From: an uncultured Gemmatimonadales bacterium
GTDB taxonomy: Bacteria > Gemmatimonadota > Gemmatimonadetes > Gemmatimonadales > GWC2-71-9
Length of the DNA stretch: 64,000 nt
Assembly: GCA_963798915.1 (NCBI GenBank)
Contig: CAWCVB010000002.1
Coordinates: forward strand, 1-64,000
Direction of reading: 5' to 3'
A model generated the notes under the pieces. The model was not told where the DNA came from, ran no database searches, and was given only the letters and a program-made list of their open reading frames with translations. The position numbers and the translations under genes were made by a program. Positions 40,615 through 50,761 of this stretch are shown here, piece by piece (within the stretch, counting starts at the first letter, position 1; each line of letters starts with the position of its first letter).

Positions 40615-41936
40615 GACGTCGAGGCGGAGTCGGTGGCAGGAGTGGCGGCCGGCTTGGCCGACTTGGACGGACGGTGGTCCTCGGACAGCCGTTCCAGCTT
40701 CATGCCCGCAGCATTGCCGGGAATGGTGAGGAGCACGCGGTCGCCCTCCTTGAGCCCGCGTTCGATGACGACCTCATCCTCACTCACCGCGCCGGTGGCC
40801 ACTTCCTGCTTCACCACCCGTCCGGCCAGCTGATGAAAGACGTAGGGCGTGCTGTCCTGGTTGTGCAGCGCCTCGAGCGAGATCGCGAGCGCATCCTTGA
40901 GATGGTAGGTCTCGATGATGTTGCCGGTGGTCATGCCGGGACGCAGCGTGGTGTCCGAGCCCTCGATCGCGATGCGCACCTCGAACACCTTGGCGTCGGC
41001 ATTGGGGCGCTGCTCGCCCATGTTGGCGACGCTGACCACCTTGCCGGAGAGTTTCCGGGACGGGTCGGCGTCGAGGGTGATGGAGGCCCGCTGCCCCGCG
41101 GCAATCTTGCGGACGTCGATTTCATTCACATAGGTGACGGACTCCATGCCGGTGAGGTCGGGCAGGGTGGCGACGCGCGCATCCCAGGCGGAAACCTGCG
41201 AGCCGGCGGTCCGCTTCTTTCCGTTCCATTCACGGACATACGTGACCATGCCGGGCGACGGCGCCTTGATGGTAAAGCCCTGCATCACGTCCTGGACCAC
41301 GCTCTGCTTGTTCCGCTGCCGCTCCAGGTCGGTGCCGACTTCCCGCATCTTGGCCTTGGATTGTTCGGTCTTGGTCTCGTAGTCCTTCCTGGCCTTGTCC
41401 AACATGCGCTGGGCCCGCTCCAAGTCGATGCCCGCCTGCCGCTGGATGGTGGGCGCCTCGTACTTTGACTGTTCCTTGGCCAGCCGCTTCTCCTCGAGCG
41501 CCAGCTCGGCCGAACGGATATCCTCGCGGGCCGTGGCCAGGGTGAGGGCGCTGTCCAGCGTGGCCTGCTCATACACCGCCTGGGCCTTCTGCAGTGCCAG
41601 CGAGACTTCCGCCATCTTGGCGGCCAGCGTGGACCGATCGAGCTCCGCCACCACCTCGCCTTCCTTGACCCGGGTGCCTTCCGGCACGATGGAGGCGATC
41701 CGCATCTGGTACGCCTCGGCCTGCTGAGCGTTGGCGGGCGCCGTGATCTCGACCGAGTTGCGGGCCTGCAGCTCCCCGGACGTGGTCACCGTGACACTGA
41801 AGTCGCCTTTCCGGGTAGTTGAGACGAGCGCGGACTCGACCGACGCGGAAGGCCGCACGAAGAACCAGAGGCCAACGACGGAGAGGATCGCGGCGGCGCC
41901 GATGCGTACCGGCCAGCGAGCAAGAAGGGTGGGCAT
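40611..41936 (-). CDS. Periplasmic adaptor (MacA-like)
   Basis: V.EG..VK.G lipoyl half, coiled coil, IKAP..G, LRPGMT. Confidence 0.9.
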   Translation of the reverse strand: MPTLLARWPVRIGAAAILSVVGLWFFVRPSASVESALVSTTRKGDFSVTVTTSGELQARNSVEITAPANAQQAEAYQMRIASIVPEGTRVKEGEVVAELDRSTLAAKMAEVSLALQKAQAVYEQATLDSALTLATAREDIRSAELALEEKRLAKEQSKYEAPTIQRQAGIDLERAQRMLDKARKDYETKTEQSKAKMREVGTDLERQRNKQSVVQDVMQGFTIKAPSPGMVTYVREWNGKKRTAGSQVSAWDARVATLPDLTGMESVTYVNEIDVRKIAAGQRASITLDADPSRKLSGKVVSVANMGEQRPNADAKVFEVRIAIEGSDTTLRPGMTTGNIIETYHLKDALAISLEALHNQDSTPYVFHQLAGRVVKQEVATGAVSEDEVVIERGLKEGDRVLLTIPGNAAGMKLERLSEDHRPSKSAKPAATPATDSASTS

Positions 41937-42222
41937 GGCAACGATCCCTGCGTAGACCCGGACGCGCTGCATTGCGCGGGCTTGTGAGGATGACCAACAG
42001 CGGACCGGCCGGGGCAATCTTGCGATACACCCGACCACAGCAATGACTGAATTGACGCTGATCGGTGGATCTTAACATGCGGTCCGAGCATGAGCCATGC
42101 CCGTACGCGGCATTCCGAGACTGGATGCCCTGACCGAGCGAAAGGTTGCGCGCTGCATCCGGCCGGGCATCTTGGAGGCGACCGTTCCTGCCACCTCAGA
42201 CCGCCCGAGGAAGGACCACGCC

Positions 42223-43239
42223 ATGAACGCACCGGCCACGACTACCCTCGGCCTGGCGCTGCTGGTGGGCGCGTCAGCCAGCGCGCTGGGGCAGGCACCG
42301 TCCGGCACGGTGCAACTGGATCGCTTCTTTTCGCCTGCCCTGGAGGTGTCCCGGGAGTTCTTCATCTACCTGCCGCCCAGCTACGCCCGCGAGCCCAGCC
42401 GCCACTTTCCTGTCATCTATCTGCTGCACGGGTACGGGAGTGACGAAGCAGAATGGCTCACGCATGGCGACATCGCCGTGGTGGCGGATTCGCTCATCAC
42501 GGCGGGCAGTGGCCCGTTCATTCTGGTCATGCCCGATGGGGACCGTGGATACTGGGTGAACTGGGAAACGTCTCCCACCTATGAGGAATGCGCCGCCAGC
42601 GATGAGCTGGATGAACCGCCCGAAACCGGCTGCGCCCGCCAACGGCGCTACGGCGACTACATCGCCAATGACCTGCGGCACCACGTGGACTCGACCTATC
42701 GGACGATTGACGCTCGATCGGGACGCGGGCTGCTGGGAATCAGCATGGGAGGAACCGGATCGCTGATGCTTGCGCTCACCAACTCACCGCTGTTCGGCGC
42801 CGCCGCGAGCCTGTCGGCCGTCGCGATGCCGCTCGCAACCAGTCAGGGCCCCTGTGGTTCGCAGGTCACCTCTGCCATTTCATTGGAAGACTTTGAATCG
42901 GCGCGAGGCGCGCCCAGCCCCAAGTGGCACAAGCTGTGGGGCTCCGACACAACCCGCTGGTGGAGGCATGACCCGATCAGGGCGGCCCGGCACCTGCTGG
43001 ACACGGCGGCACCAGTGCCTGCGCTCCGGCTCGAGGTTGGCCGGGACGATCCGCTGGCAGCCGGCAACTGCGCCGTCGATGTGGCGCTCACGGCCATGGG
43101 CATGCCACACCAGTTCCTGGTGTGGGACGGCGAGCATGACTGGCGGGCCTGGCGAAAACATGAAGCGCCAACGCTGGCGTGGACGCTCTCGCAACTCTCC
43201 ACTGATCGCGATGCTGCACACGATGGAGGGCGACGGTGA
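42223..43239 (+). CDS. Secreted esterase (alpha/beta hydrolase)
   Basis: YLPPSY, PVIYLLHG, GISMGG, GEHDW. Confidence 0.88.
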   Translation: MNAPATTTLGLALLVGASASALGQAPSGTVQLDRFFSPALEVSREFFIYLPPSYAREPSRHFPVIYLLHGYGSDEAEWLTHGDIAVVADSLITAGSGPFILVMPDGDRGYWVNWETSPTYEECAASDELDEPPETGCARQRRYGDYIANDLRHHVDSTYRTIDARSGRGLLGISMGGTGSLMLALTNSPLFGAAASLSAVAMPLATSQGPCGSQVTSAISLEDFESARGAPSPKWHKLWGSDTTRWWRHDPIRAARHLLDTAAPVPALRLEVGRDDPLAAGNCAVDVALTAMGMPHQFLVWDGEHDWRAWRKHEAPTLAWTLSQLSTDRDAAHDGGRR

Positions 43240-43817
43240 CCACCGAACGGGACAGGATGCTGGCGGGCGAGCTCTTCGATTCCCGCGATCCCGAGCTGCT
43301 GGCGCTGTCGCATCGGGCCCGCGCGCTGCTCAGGCGTTTCAATGGCAGCGAGTCCACCGACACGGCGGCTCGTCATGCGGCGCTTGCCGAGCTGCTGGGG
43401 AGCGTGGGCGATGATGTGTGGATCGAGCCGCCGATTTTCTGCGAGTACGGAGCGCATGTACATCTGGGCAGCCGCGTGTTCATTCATGTCAACGCCGTCC
43501 TGCTCGATGCCGCCGAAATCCGGATCGGGGACGATACCCTGATCGGGCCCGGCGTCCAGCTGATTACGGCGACCCACCCGCTCCCTGCCGACGAGCGGAT
43601 CGTGTCCGGCTGGACTCGCGAGTCGGGCCGGGCGCCGTATCGGACCAGCGCCAAGCCTGTCACGGTCGGACGCCGAGTGTGGATTGGCGCCGGCAGTATC
43701 CTGACGCCGGGTGTTTCCATTGGTGACGATGCGACCATCGGCGCCGGCAGCGTGGTGACCCGCGACATGCCTTCCGGCTGCGTCGCGTTCGGCCAGCCAT
43801 GCAAGGTGAGGGGTTAG
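43236..43817 (+). CDS. Sugar O-acetyltransferase (Maa/LacA family)
   Basis: MLAGELF, hexapeptide repeats, IGAGSVVTRD. Confidence 0.92.
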   Translation: MTTERDRMLAGELFDSRDPELLALSHRARALLRRFNGSESTDTAARHAALAELLGSVGDDVWIEPPIFCEYGAHVHLGSRVFIHVNAVLLDAAEIRIGDDTLIGPGVQLITATHPLPADERIVSGWTRESGRAPYRTSAKPVTVGRRVWIGAGSILTPGVSIGDDATIGAGSVVTRDMPSGCVAFGQPCKVRG

Positions 43818-44086
43818 GAGATGGGGATTAGGGGCTGGGGATTAGGGGTTAGGGGAGGATGAAGCCGTTCCTGGCCCCTGGTGCCTCGTCCCTCGTCCCT
43901 CGTCCCTAATCCCTAGCCCCCCGCTCCCTAGTCCGAAACTTGCATTCCCCCGTACAACGAGCGACCATTGGTCGCCTCCGACTCACAACTGCTCAAGGAT
44001 GAATGGCGAAGTGCCGCATTTCCGTGACGATCGCAATGGTCGTTCCGGTTCCCGCGCCGCTGCGCCACCTGGACAAGGATCAGCTG

Positions 44087-44986
44087 ATGGCGCGGTGCCG
44101 CCTCACATTCCTGGCCGTTCTGCTGCTGGCAGCAGGCTGTGCGCCCCCGCCGAGCGTGGCTCCCGTGGGTGCCGCGGCAGCGACCGGATTTCGCAGCGCC
44201 GGCGATTCCATGCTGGCGGCGTCGCTCGAGGTGGGAGGCATGCGGGTGACGAGGGGCCGGATCACGGTGCTGGCGCCGCGGGATGCGCTGGACCATGCCA
44301 CGCTGGCGGCGCTGGCCGACAGCCTGGCCCGGGGCTACGCGGCGCTGGGCGAAATGTTCCGCTCTACCCATGGCTGGCATCGCTACGACAATCCCGCTAT
44401 CCGGATCTATCTTGGCTCCCGCTCCGGTGGCGCGCTGACCGATGCGCGCTCGCGCATCTTCTTCCCGCTGGAGTGGACCGAACGGAGCCGCACCACGCTC
44501 CTGCATGAGATCGCGCATGTGTTCCTGATGCCGCGCCGCCCGATGGCCTTTGAGGCCAGTGATGCGGGCGAGGTGGCGAGGCTGCTGCGCAACCGGGCGT
44601 TCTGGTTCGACGAGGGGATGGCAGAGTACGCCGCACAACTCACGGCACGACAGATCGGCTTCCCGGCGGAAGATCCGTGGGGCACCGACTACGCCGCCGG
44701 CCTGGATGCGGCATGCGCCGGCTGGGCCGCGACGCCCCGGAGCGAGGGGGCGCTGGCCAACGTGGGACGGCCAGGACCGCCGCTACTCCGGACCCGGATC
44801 GAGATCGGGACGTTCTACGTCTGCTCCCAGTCGTTTGTCGCCTTCCTGGTGGATCACATCGGGTTGCGCACCACCCTGACACTCGGCGCTTCCGACGATG
44901 TGGATGCTCGGCTCACGGCCGTCACGCCGAAGTCGCTGGAGGAGTGGCGGGCGGAATGGTGGGCGGGACTCGGCGCGACACACTAG
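44087..44986 (+). CDS. Lipoprotein with gluzincin-like HEXXH motif
   Basis: AAGC lipobox; LLHEIAH...WFDEGMAEY. Confidence 0.7.
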   Translation: MARCRLTFLAVLLLAAGCAPPPSVAPVGAAAATGFRSAGDSMLAASLEVGGMRVTRGRITVLAPRDALDHATLAALADSLARGYAALGEMFRSTHGWHRYDNPAIRIYLGSRSGGALTDARSRIFFPLEWTERSRTTLLHEIAHVFLMPRRPMAFEASDAGEVARLLRNRAFWFDEGMAEYAAQLTARQIGFPAEDPWGTDYAAGLDAACAGWAATPRSEGALANVGRPGPPLLRTRIEIGTFYVCSQSFVAFLVDHIGLRTTLTLGASDDVDARLTAVTPKSLEEWRAEWWAGLGATH

Positions 44987-45136
44987 CACCGGCAGGAAAG
45001 CGGGAAATCGAGGGCGGTCCAACGGGCCGCCCTTGCTGCGTTCGGGATTCGGCGCCTCCAGTGACGCTTACCGACCAACCCGTCCCACCGCATATTGTCG
45101 GGACTGATCCCGTCCAGCTACGGAAGGAATATTCTC

Positions 45137-46009
45137 ATGTTGCATCTGGTCCTTGGCGGCACCGGCAGGGTTGGACGAGCGCTGATTGCCGAGCTGCTCG
45201 ATCGCGGCGAATCGGTCCGGGTGCTCACCCGGTCGGCCGAGCAGGACGCCGCTCTTCCGGACTCCGTCTCGGTGGTGGTGGGTGATCTCGAAGATCCGCC
45301 AAGCGTTGCGGCAGCGTTTCGCGGGGTGGATACCCTGATGCTGACCATCGCGGTCGCTGCGACCGAGCTGCAGCAGGGACTGGTCGCCCTCGAGGAAGCC
45401 AGGCGGGCCCACGTCGGACGAATCGTCTATCTGTCGGTGCAAGGGGCCGAGCTGGCGCTGCATATCCCGCATTTCGCAGCGAAGGTGGCCATGGAGAGCG
45501 CGCTCCGGGCAAGTGGGCTGCCGCATGTCATCCTCCGGCCCAACAATTACTTCCAGAACGATCATTACATGAAGGACGCTATCCTGAAGTACGGCGTCTA
45601 TCCGCAGCCCCTCGGCGAGCGAGGTGTTTCGTGCGTGGATGTGCGGGACGTGGCGGCAGCCGCGGCCCGGGCGCTCATGGGCGCTGGCGAGCCAGGCAGC
45701 ACCCATGTCATTGCCGGTGCCGAGCCGCTGACGGGAACGCTCTGTGCCGAGCGCTACTCCACCGCACTGAACCGGGAAATTCATTATCTCGGTGATGATC
45801 TGGCGCAGTGGGGAGGCATGGTGAGCGCGGGGCGTCCATCCTGGGTAGTGTACGACCTGCAGCTCATGTATGCCCAGTTTCAGGGTTCGGGGCTCCGCGC
45901 CACGGCAGGGGACCTGGCCCAGTCGCGGGCGGCGGTGGGCCAAGCGCCCCGGCGCCACCATGATTTCGTGCAGGAAACGGTGGCGGCATGGGGCACGTCG
46001 GCGTCATGA
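45137..46009 (+). CDS. NmrA-family / SDR oxidoreductase
   Basis: LVLGGTGRVG; LRPN.YFQN; VDVRDVA. Confidence 0.9.
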   Translation: MLHLVLGGTGRVGRALIAELLDRGESVRVLTRSAEQDAALPDSVSVVVGDLEDPPSVAAAFRGVDTLMLTIAVAATELQQGLVALEEARRAHVGRIVYLSVQGAELALHIPHFAAKVAMESALRASGLPHVILRPNNYFQNDHYMKDAILKYGVYPQPLGERGVSCVDVRDVAAAAARALMGAGEPGSTHVIAGAEPLTGTLCAERYSTALNREIHYLGDDLAQWGGMVSAGRPSWVVYDLQLMYAQFQGSGLRATAGDLAQSRAAVGQAPRRHHDFVQETVAAWGTSAS

Positions 46010-46101
46010 TGCCCGAGGCGGCTGTCCACTCCGACAACCGCCTGTCCCGGCCGGCTTGCGGGGCGGAGGGCACCGCATTCACACTTCCAGCCCGTTCTTG
46101 A

Positions 46102-46716
46102 GTGAGATATTCCGTGTCCAGAGTTCTCATTGCCGCACTGCTGCTGTTGCCTGCCACCGGCGGCCCGTCGCAGGTCAGCCGAACCGAGACGATGTACCTG
46201 GCTGGCGGCTGCTACTGGGGAGTCGAATCGGTCTTTGAGCATGTGAAAGGGGTCACGTCAGTCGTCTCGGGCCTGGCGTATCCCCGAACCGACTCGGTGG
46301 CTGGCATCGTTCGCCGTCCCAATCATGCCGGCCTGGCCGAGGCGGTCCGCATCAAGTATGACCCGGAAAAGATCTCCCGCGGCCAGGTGCTGCAGATCTT
46401 TTTCACCGTGGCCCACGATCCGACCCAGCTCGACCGCCAGGGTCCCGACGTAGGCGCGCGCTACCGGTCTGCCATGTTCGTCACCGATACCACGGAACTC
46501 CCGGCCGCCCGCGCCTATCTCGATTCACTTCGGGGCGCCGCCAGGCCGGACCGGCCGGTCGTCACCGATCTCGTCATGCTTGATCATTTCAAGGTCGTTC
46601 CCGATGAACAGCAGGATTTCGCGGCCAGGCATCCGACCCTGCCCTACATCGTGGTGAATGACCGGCCGAAAATTGATCAGCTCAAGGCGCGCTACCCCCG
46701 CCTGTACGACAAGTAG
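46102..46716 (+). CDS. msrA: Peptide-methionine (S)-S-oxide reductase, exported paralog
   Basis: GGCYWG, HDPTQLDRQGPD.G.RYRS; signal peptide. Confidence 0.88.
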   Translation: MRYSVSRVLIAALLLLPATGGPSQVSRTETMYLAGGCYWGVESVFEHVKGVTSVVSGLAYPRTDSVAGIVRRPNHAGLAEAVRIKYDPEKISRGQVLQIFFTVAHDPTQLDRQGPDVGARYRSAMFVTDTTELPAARAYLDSLRGAARPDRPVVTDLVMLDHFKVVPDEQQDFAARHPTLPYIVVNDRPKIDQLKARYPRLYDK

Positions 46717-46779
46717 TCTCGACAGCGCGGCTCGCCCGGAGGCGATATAGTTCGCGTCATCTGTCTCCGGGGATCTTTC

Positions 46780-47010
46780 ATGCTGCAGGCCGTCTCGCTG
46801 CTTGGTGCCTTTCTCATTCTGCTGCCTTTTACCCTGACACAGCTCAATCGCCTCGCAGTCAGGACCGTACCCTATCAGGCCATGAACCTGTTCGGCTCGG
46901 GCCTGCTTGAAGTCGTGGCGCTGCTGGAGCGCCAGTACGGATTCATCTTGCTGGAAGCCGTCTGGGCGGGCGTGAGCCTGTGGGGCTTGGTCAAGGTCAT
47001 GAGGGCGTAA
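46780..47010 (+). CDS. Small membrane protein (CBU_0592-like)
   Basis: Three hydrophobic segments; YQ.MN..GS and GFILLE.VW. Confidence 0.75.
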   Translation: MLQAVSLLGAFLILLPFTLTQLNRLAVRTVPYQAMNLFGSGLLEVVALLERQYGFILLEAVWAGVSLWGLVKVMRA

Positions 47011-47068
47011 GCAGCTTGGCGGCGCGGCGGTCGAGCAACACTGGCTGAACTTCTGAGGTGTGAGGCCC

Positions 47069-47591
47069 ATGCGACGTAATCGAATGATCGGCTCGCTGTT
47101 CCTGCTTGCGCTGGCGGGCTGCGCCCAGCCCGCGCCGGGCGGCCCGGACGCGCACATGGGAAGAACCCTGGCCGGCTCGTGGAACATCAGCTTCACCCTG
47201 GACAGCCAGCTCGTCTCGCGGGATAACGATCCGCTGATGCGGTGGCAGCGGGCCGGCGATTCCGCCTCCATCTCCGGCAGCTTTCGCGGAAGCGGCGATC
47301 GGTCGGCCAGTGACTCGGCCGGCGTCCGCATTGGGAGCGTCACCGGCGTCATGGACGGTGGATTTCACCCCGCTCCTGGGCCGACAGATGTCCTGTTACA
47401 CGCCGGGCCGGAGGAGCATCGAGACCGAGTGGCACGGGGACCGGGTTGCCATCGTGTTCACCCCGGGTGCCGCCGACTGCGGTTTCGGCGGGGCGGCGAT
47501 CCTGCGCGGTGATACGTTGCGGGGCGTCTGGAGCGAGACCAGCTTCGTGGGGCCCACGGCGGTGGGAAAGTTCGAGATGATAAGGCGATGA
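47069..47591 (+). pseudogene. Hypothetical lipoprotein, frameshifted near 47360
   Basis: LAGC lipobox in ORF 47060-47512; plausible C-terminus in ORF 47310-47591. Confidence 0.5.
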
Positions 47592-47615
47592 TCGACCCTC
47601 GACCCTCGACCCCAG

Positions 47616-47652
47616 AAACAAAACGCCCGGTGGGCAGGAGCTCACCGGGACG
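47616..47652 (-). terminator. Intrinsic terminator downstream of csp
   Basis: CCCGGTG...CACCGGG stem followed by CGTTTTGTTT on the minus strand. Confidence 0.75.
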
Positions 47653-47720
47653 CAAGTCACAGCAGGTTTTGATCACCCAGGCTGCTGTTGCCCTGGGGCC
47701 CGAAGGCTATGTCGTTCGGC

Positions 47721-47933
47721 TTACTTGGCGAGACGGGTAACGTTCTCGGCCGCCGGGCCCTTGGCGCCCTGGACGATCTCGAACTCCACCTGCTCACCTT
47801 CGGCCAAGCTCTTGAAGCCCTGACCCTGGATCGCCGAATGATGCACGAAGCAATCCTTCTGCCCGCCCTCAGGGGTGATGAAACCGAAGCCCTTGGCGTC
47901 GTTGAACCACTTCACTGTGCCGGTCGTACGCAT
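47721..47933 (-). CDS. csp: Cold-shock protein
   Basis: [15 protein letters not shown]...FVHHSAI...GFKSLAEG. Confidence 0.98.
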   Translation of the reverse strand: MRTTGTVKWFNDAKGFGFITPEGGQKDCFVHHSAIQGQGFKSLAEGEQVEFEIVQGAKGPAAENVTRLAK

Positions 47934-48166
47934 GTCCTACTCCATTGTGTTGTTGGTAATCGGAGTTCGGCAATGGCCGTACGGACCGACTACGTGTTGT
48001 GTGACCGTGAGCACGCCTCACGGCAGGCGTTGCGGTGATCCGCAACAAAAAAGGGGTCCCGCGCGAATCCGGGATCCCCAATTACGTCCTTGGAATCATC
48101 CTGTGTGCCCCGAAGGGCAATCGTGCCGCAACGCCTCAATATGACGTGACGGCCCCTGGAAGTCAA
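47934..48166 (-). promoter_or_regulatory. csp promoter and ~200-nt structured 5' leader with internal terminator-like hairpin
   Basis: TTGACT-17 bp-CATATT; GGGGATCCCG...CGGGACCCC followed by a T-tract at ~48080-48045. Confidence 0.7.
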
Positions 48167-48192
48167 GATCGGGCTCGGAGGAGACCTGTGCC

Positions 48193-48354
48193 ATGAGCAA
48201 GATGCTGGGATTCATCGGAGCTACCGCGGGCGGCGCTGTTGGCTGGTGGGCCGGGGCGCATGTTGGCCTCATGACAGCGTTTATCGTAAGCACGGTAGGG
48301 ACCGGCGCCGGCCTCTACGGCGGCCGCCAAGTGGCAGACCGGCTGGGGTATTAG
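48193..48354 (+). CDS. 53-aa glycine-rich membrane protein (not in ORF track)
   Basis: GGAGGAG SD; MSKMLGFIGATAGGAVGWWAGAHVGLMTAFIVSTVGTGAGLYGGRQVADRLGY. Confidence 0.75.
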   Translation: MSKMLGFIGATAGGAVGWWAGAHVGLMTAFIVSTVGTGAGLYGGRQVADRLGY

Positions 48355-48355
48355 C

Positions 48356-48769
48356 TCAGCTGATCCCTGGTGGCGGGGAGCCCAGATGCTTCCGGATCAG
48401 GCGGGTCAGCACCCCAGGCGTGAACGGCTTCTTGAGCCAGTGCCGAGCCTGGTCGCGCTCACTCATGGCCTCGAGCCCCGCTGGCGGGGATGCCGACATG
48501 AAGAGCACCGCCACGTCAGGCCGGTCGGTGGCGAGCTGAAGGGCCAGCTGATCCCCCCGAAGCCGGGGCATCCGGACGTCGGCGAGCACCAGCCGCAGGC
48601 CCGGACCGGCGGCACGGGCCATCCCCAGTGCCTCCACACCATCCCGAGCCTCCAGCACCCGGTGACCAGCCGACTGGATGATCCGGGCGGCAAGGGAGCG
48701 CACGCCGGGCTCATCGTCGGCGACGATTACGATGGAGTCCGATTCCACTTGAAATGGCCTCCGCGCCAC
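48356..48769 (-). CDS. Single-domain response regulator
   Basis: VADDE, LADVRMP, LFMS, KKPF. Confidence 0.88.
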   Translation of the reverse strand: MARRPFQVESDSIVIVADDEPGVRSLAARIIQSAGHRVLEARDGVEALGMARAAGPGLRLVLADVRMPRLRGDQLALQLATDRPDVAVLFMSASPPAGLEAMSERDQARHWLKKPFTPGVLTRLIRKHLGSPPPGIS

Positions 48770-48880
48770 GCGCTCGGGTGGCTCAACCGGCCGCTCTGCC
48801 GGATGGGGTGGGGGTCCGGCAAATCTAGCCTGACACCGGCCGCCCGGGAGAGGGCGCGGCCGGAGCCGGCTGGCGCCCGC

Positions 48881-49281
48881 CTATTGGGGCGGGATATCGA
48901 GGGTGACCCGCTGTCCCTGCTGGAGGGTGAGCGGTTCGCTGCTGACCGAGCGGCCCGAGACTAGCGGCTTGGCCAGGATAGTGACCTGGCCACCTCCCAC
49001 GTACTGGACCGGGGCCAGCGAATACCGGGTCGTCTGGCCGGCTGGTGCGAGCCCGATCCGGGCCGGGAGGGCGCCCCGGACCAGGAAGACATCCATGTCC
49101 CAGGTTGAGCGGTTGGTCACGAGCAGTGTGACATTCTTTGGCGGCGCGGCACTCTCCCCCGCCGGACTGGCCTCGGACCTGGTACTATTGCCCGCACATC
49201 CGGCCGCCAGCAGAAGGATCAGGCAGCCGCCGCCCGGGTGCGGCGGCTGGCGCCGGCAATATGTTCAGCGTGTGATTTCAT
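48881..49281 (-). pseudogene. Hypothetical lipoprotein, frameshift near 49225
   Basis: LLLAAGC lipobox in frame with ORF 48881-49120, but ATG with SD is in another frame. Confidence 0.5.
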
Positions 49282-49359
49282 GTTGTCCCTCCATGCGAGT
49301 GGGATGACTCCCACGTGGTAACCTATATAAGAATGACCCGGAACCGGCGGAGGCAGGGA

Positions 49360-49959
49360 ATGACCGGCAGAGATCCACGGGTGGATGCCTACATCCGAAA
49401 AGCCGCCCCGTTTGCACAGCCGCTGCTCACCCATTTTCGCGCGGAGGTGCACCGGACCTGCCCGGCGGTCACGGAGACCATCAAGTGGGGCGCACCCCAC
49501 TTCGTTTACGAGGGCAATCTCTGCCACATGGCGGCCTTCAAGCAGCATTGCGCCTTCGGCTTCTGGAAGGGATCCCTGCTGCTTCCTGAGGATGACCCGA
49601 AGCGGGCTGAAGCGATGGGCCACCTTGGGCGTGTCACCAGTCTCAGGGACTTTCCATCAGTGTCCCGCCTGCGAGCCCTGATTCGCAACGCCATGCGACT
49701 CAATGAGCAGGGGGTCAAGCCGGTGCGCCGAGCCCGGGCGCCCAAGCCTCCGGTGGTCGAGCCGCCCGATCTCAAGCGGGCGCTGCGAGCCGCCCCCGAT
49801 GCGCAGAAGACATGGGCCGCATTCGCTCCCAGTCACCGGCGGGAATACATCGAGTGGATCAACGAGGCCAAGCGTGAAGAGACCCGGAACAAGCGGGTGG
49901 CCACGACGCTCGAGTGGCTCGCCGAGGGCAAGTCCCGGAATTGGAAATACCAGCGCTGA
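49360..49959 (+). CDS. YdeI/OmpD-associated family protein (DUF1801 + OmdA)
   Basis: DPRVDAYI, ETIKWG.P, AAFKQHC.FGFW, REY.EWI.EAKREETR. Confidence 0.9.
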   Translation: MTGRDPRVDAYIRKAAPFAQPLLTHFRAEVHRTCPAVTETIKWGAPHFVYEGNLCHMAAFKQHCAFGFWKGSLLLPEDDPKRAEAMGHLGRVTSLRDFPSVSRLRALIRNAMRLNEQGVKPVRRARAPKPPVVEPPDLKRALRAAPDAQKTWAAFAPSHRREYIEWINEAKREETRNKRVATTLEWLAEGKSRNWKYQR

Positions 49960-50113
49960 GCCATCGGGCCGGCGGCGCATGGCTTTTCGTGGGCGACTGT
50001 CCAGCGTAGCTTCCCGAAGGTCCGGGCGGCCCTTCACGGCACGGTCCCCGGACATGACAGCGGTTGTCCCGTGCCGACCTCACTGCCGCCAAATGGCGGA
50101 GATCGGAGCAGCA

Positions 50114-50314
50114 ATGGCCACCAAGCTCGAGAAGACCATCAAGCGCGAACTGGAACTGGGTGACAAGCTCTATACCGTTTCGATCGGCCCCGAAGGGCTG
50201 AAGATCACCCCCAAGGGTGGGCGGAAGGGTGCGGAATTCAGCTGGCCGCAACTGATCCGCGAGCTCGATGGCGGACCGGCCAACGGCGGCATGGGTGGCG
50301 GATTCGGGGGGTGA
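50114..50314 (+). CDS. Small hypothetical protein
   Basis: GGAG SD; MATKLEKTIKRELEL...KGGRKG; stop overlaps the next GTG. Confidence 0.7.
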   Translation: MATKLEKTIKRELELGDKLYTVSIGPEGLKITPKGGRKGAEFSWPQLIRELDGGPANGGMGGGFGG

Positions 50315-50739
50315 GGCCCGGGTCCGCTGCCAGCACGTGGCGCGGCTGGTCGCCCCGGCTGCTGAGCATCCTGCGGATCGTCACTGCGTTTGTGTACATG
50401 GCCCACGGCACGCAGAAGCTCTTTGCCTTCCCGACGGGCATGGGGCCAGGCGGCGTCGGTACCGTGGACCTTGACACCATCTTCGGCGCCGCGGGCATCA
50501 TCGAGACGGTGGGCGGCGCGCTGCTGCTCATCGGGCTGTTTACGCGGCCAGTGGCCTTCCTGGTCGCCGGAGAGATGGCCGTGGCGTATTTCATGTTCCA
50601 CGGGCCACGCAATTTCTGGCCTCTCATCAATCATGGCGAGATCGTGGTGGTCTACTGCTTCCTCTGGCTCTACATCTCTTCGGCCGGCGGCGGGCCGTGG
50701 AGCGTGGATGCAGTGAGGGGGCGGTCGGCTGAAGGCTGA
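50311..50739 (+). CDS. DoxX family membrane protein
   Basis: HGTQKLF, GLFTRPVAF, GEMAVAYF, G.WSVD. Confidence 0.9.
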   Translation: MRPGSAASTWRGWSPRLLSILRIVTAFVYMAHGTQKLFAFPTGMGPGGVGTVDLDTIFGAAGIIETVGGALLLIGLFTRPVAFLVAGEMAVAYFMFHGPRNFWPLINHGEIVVVYCFLWLYISSAGGGPWSVDAVRGRSAEG

Positions 50740-50761
50740 AGGCTGAAGGCGGACGCCACCC

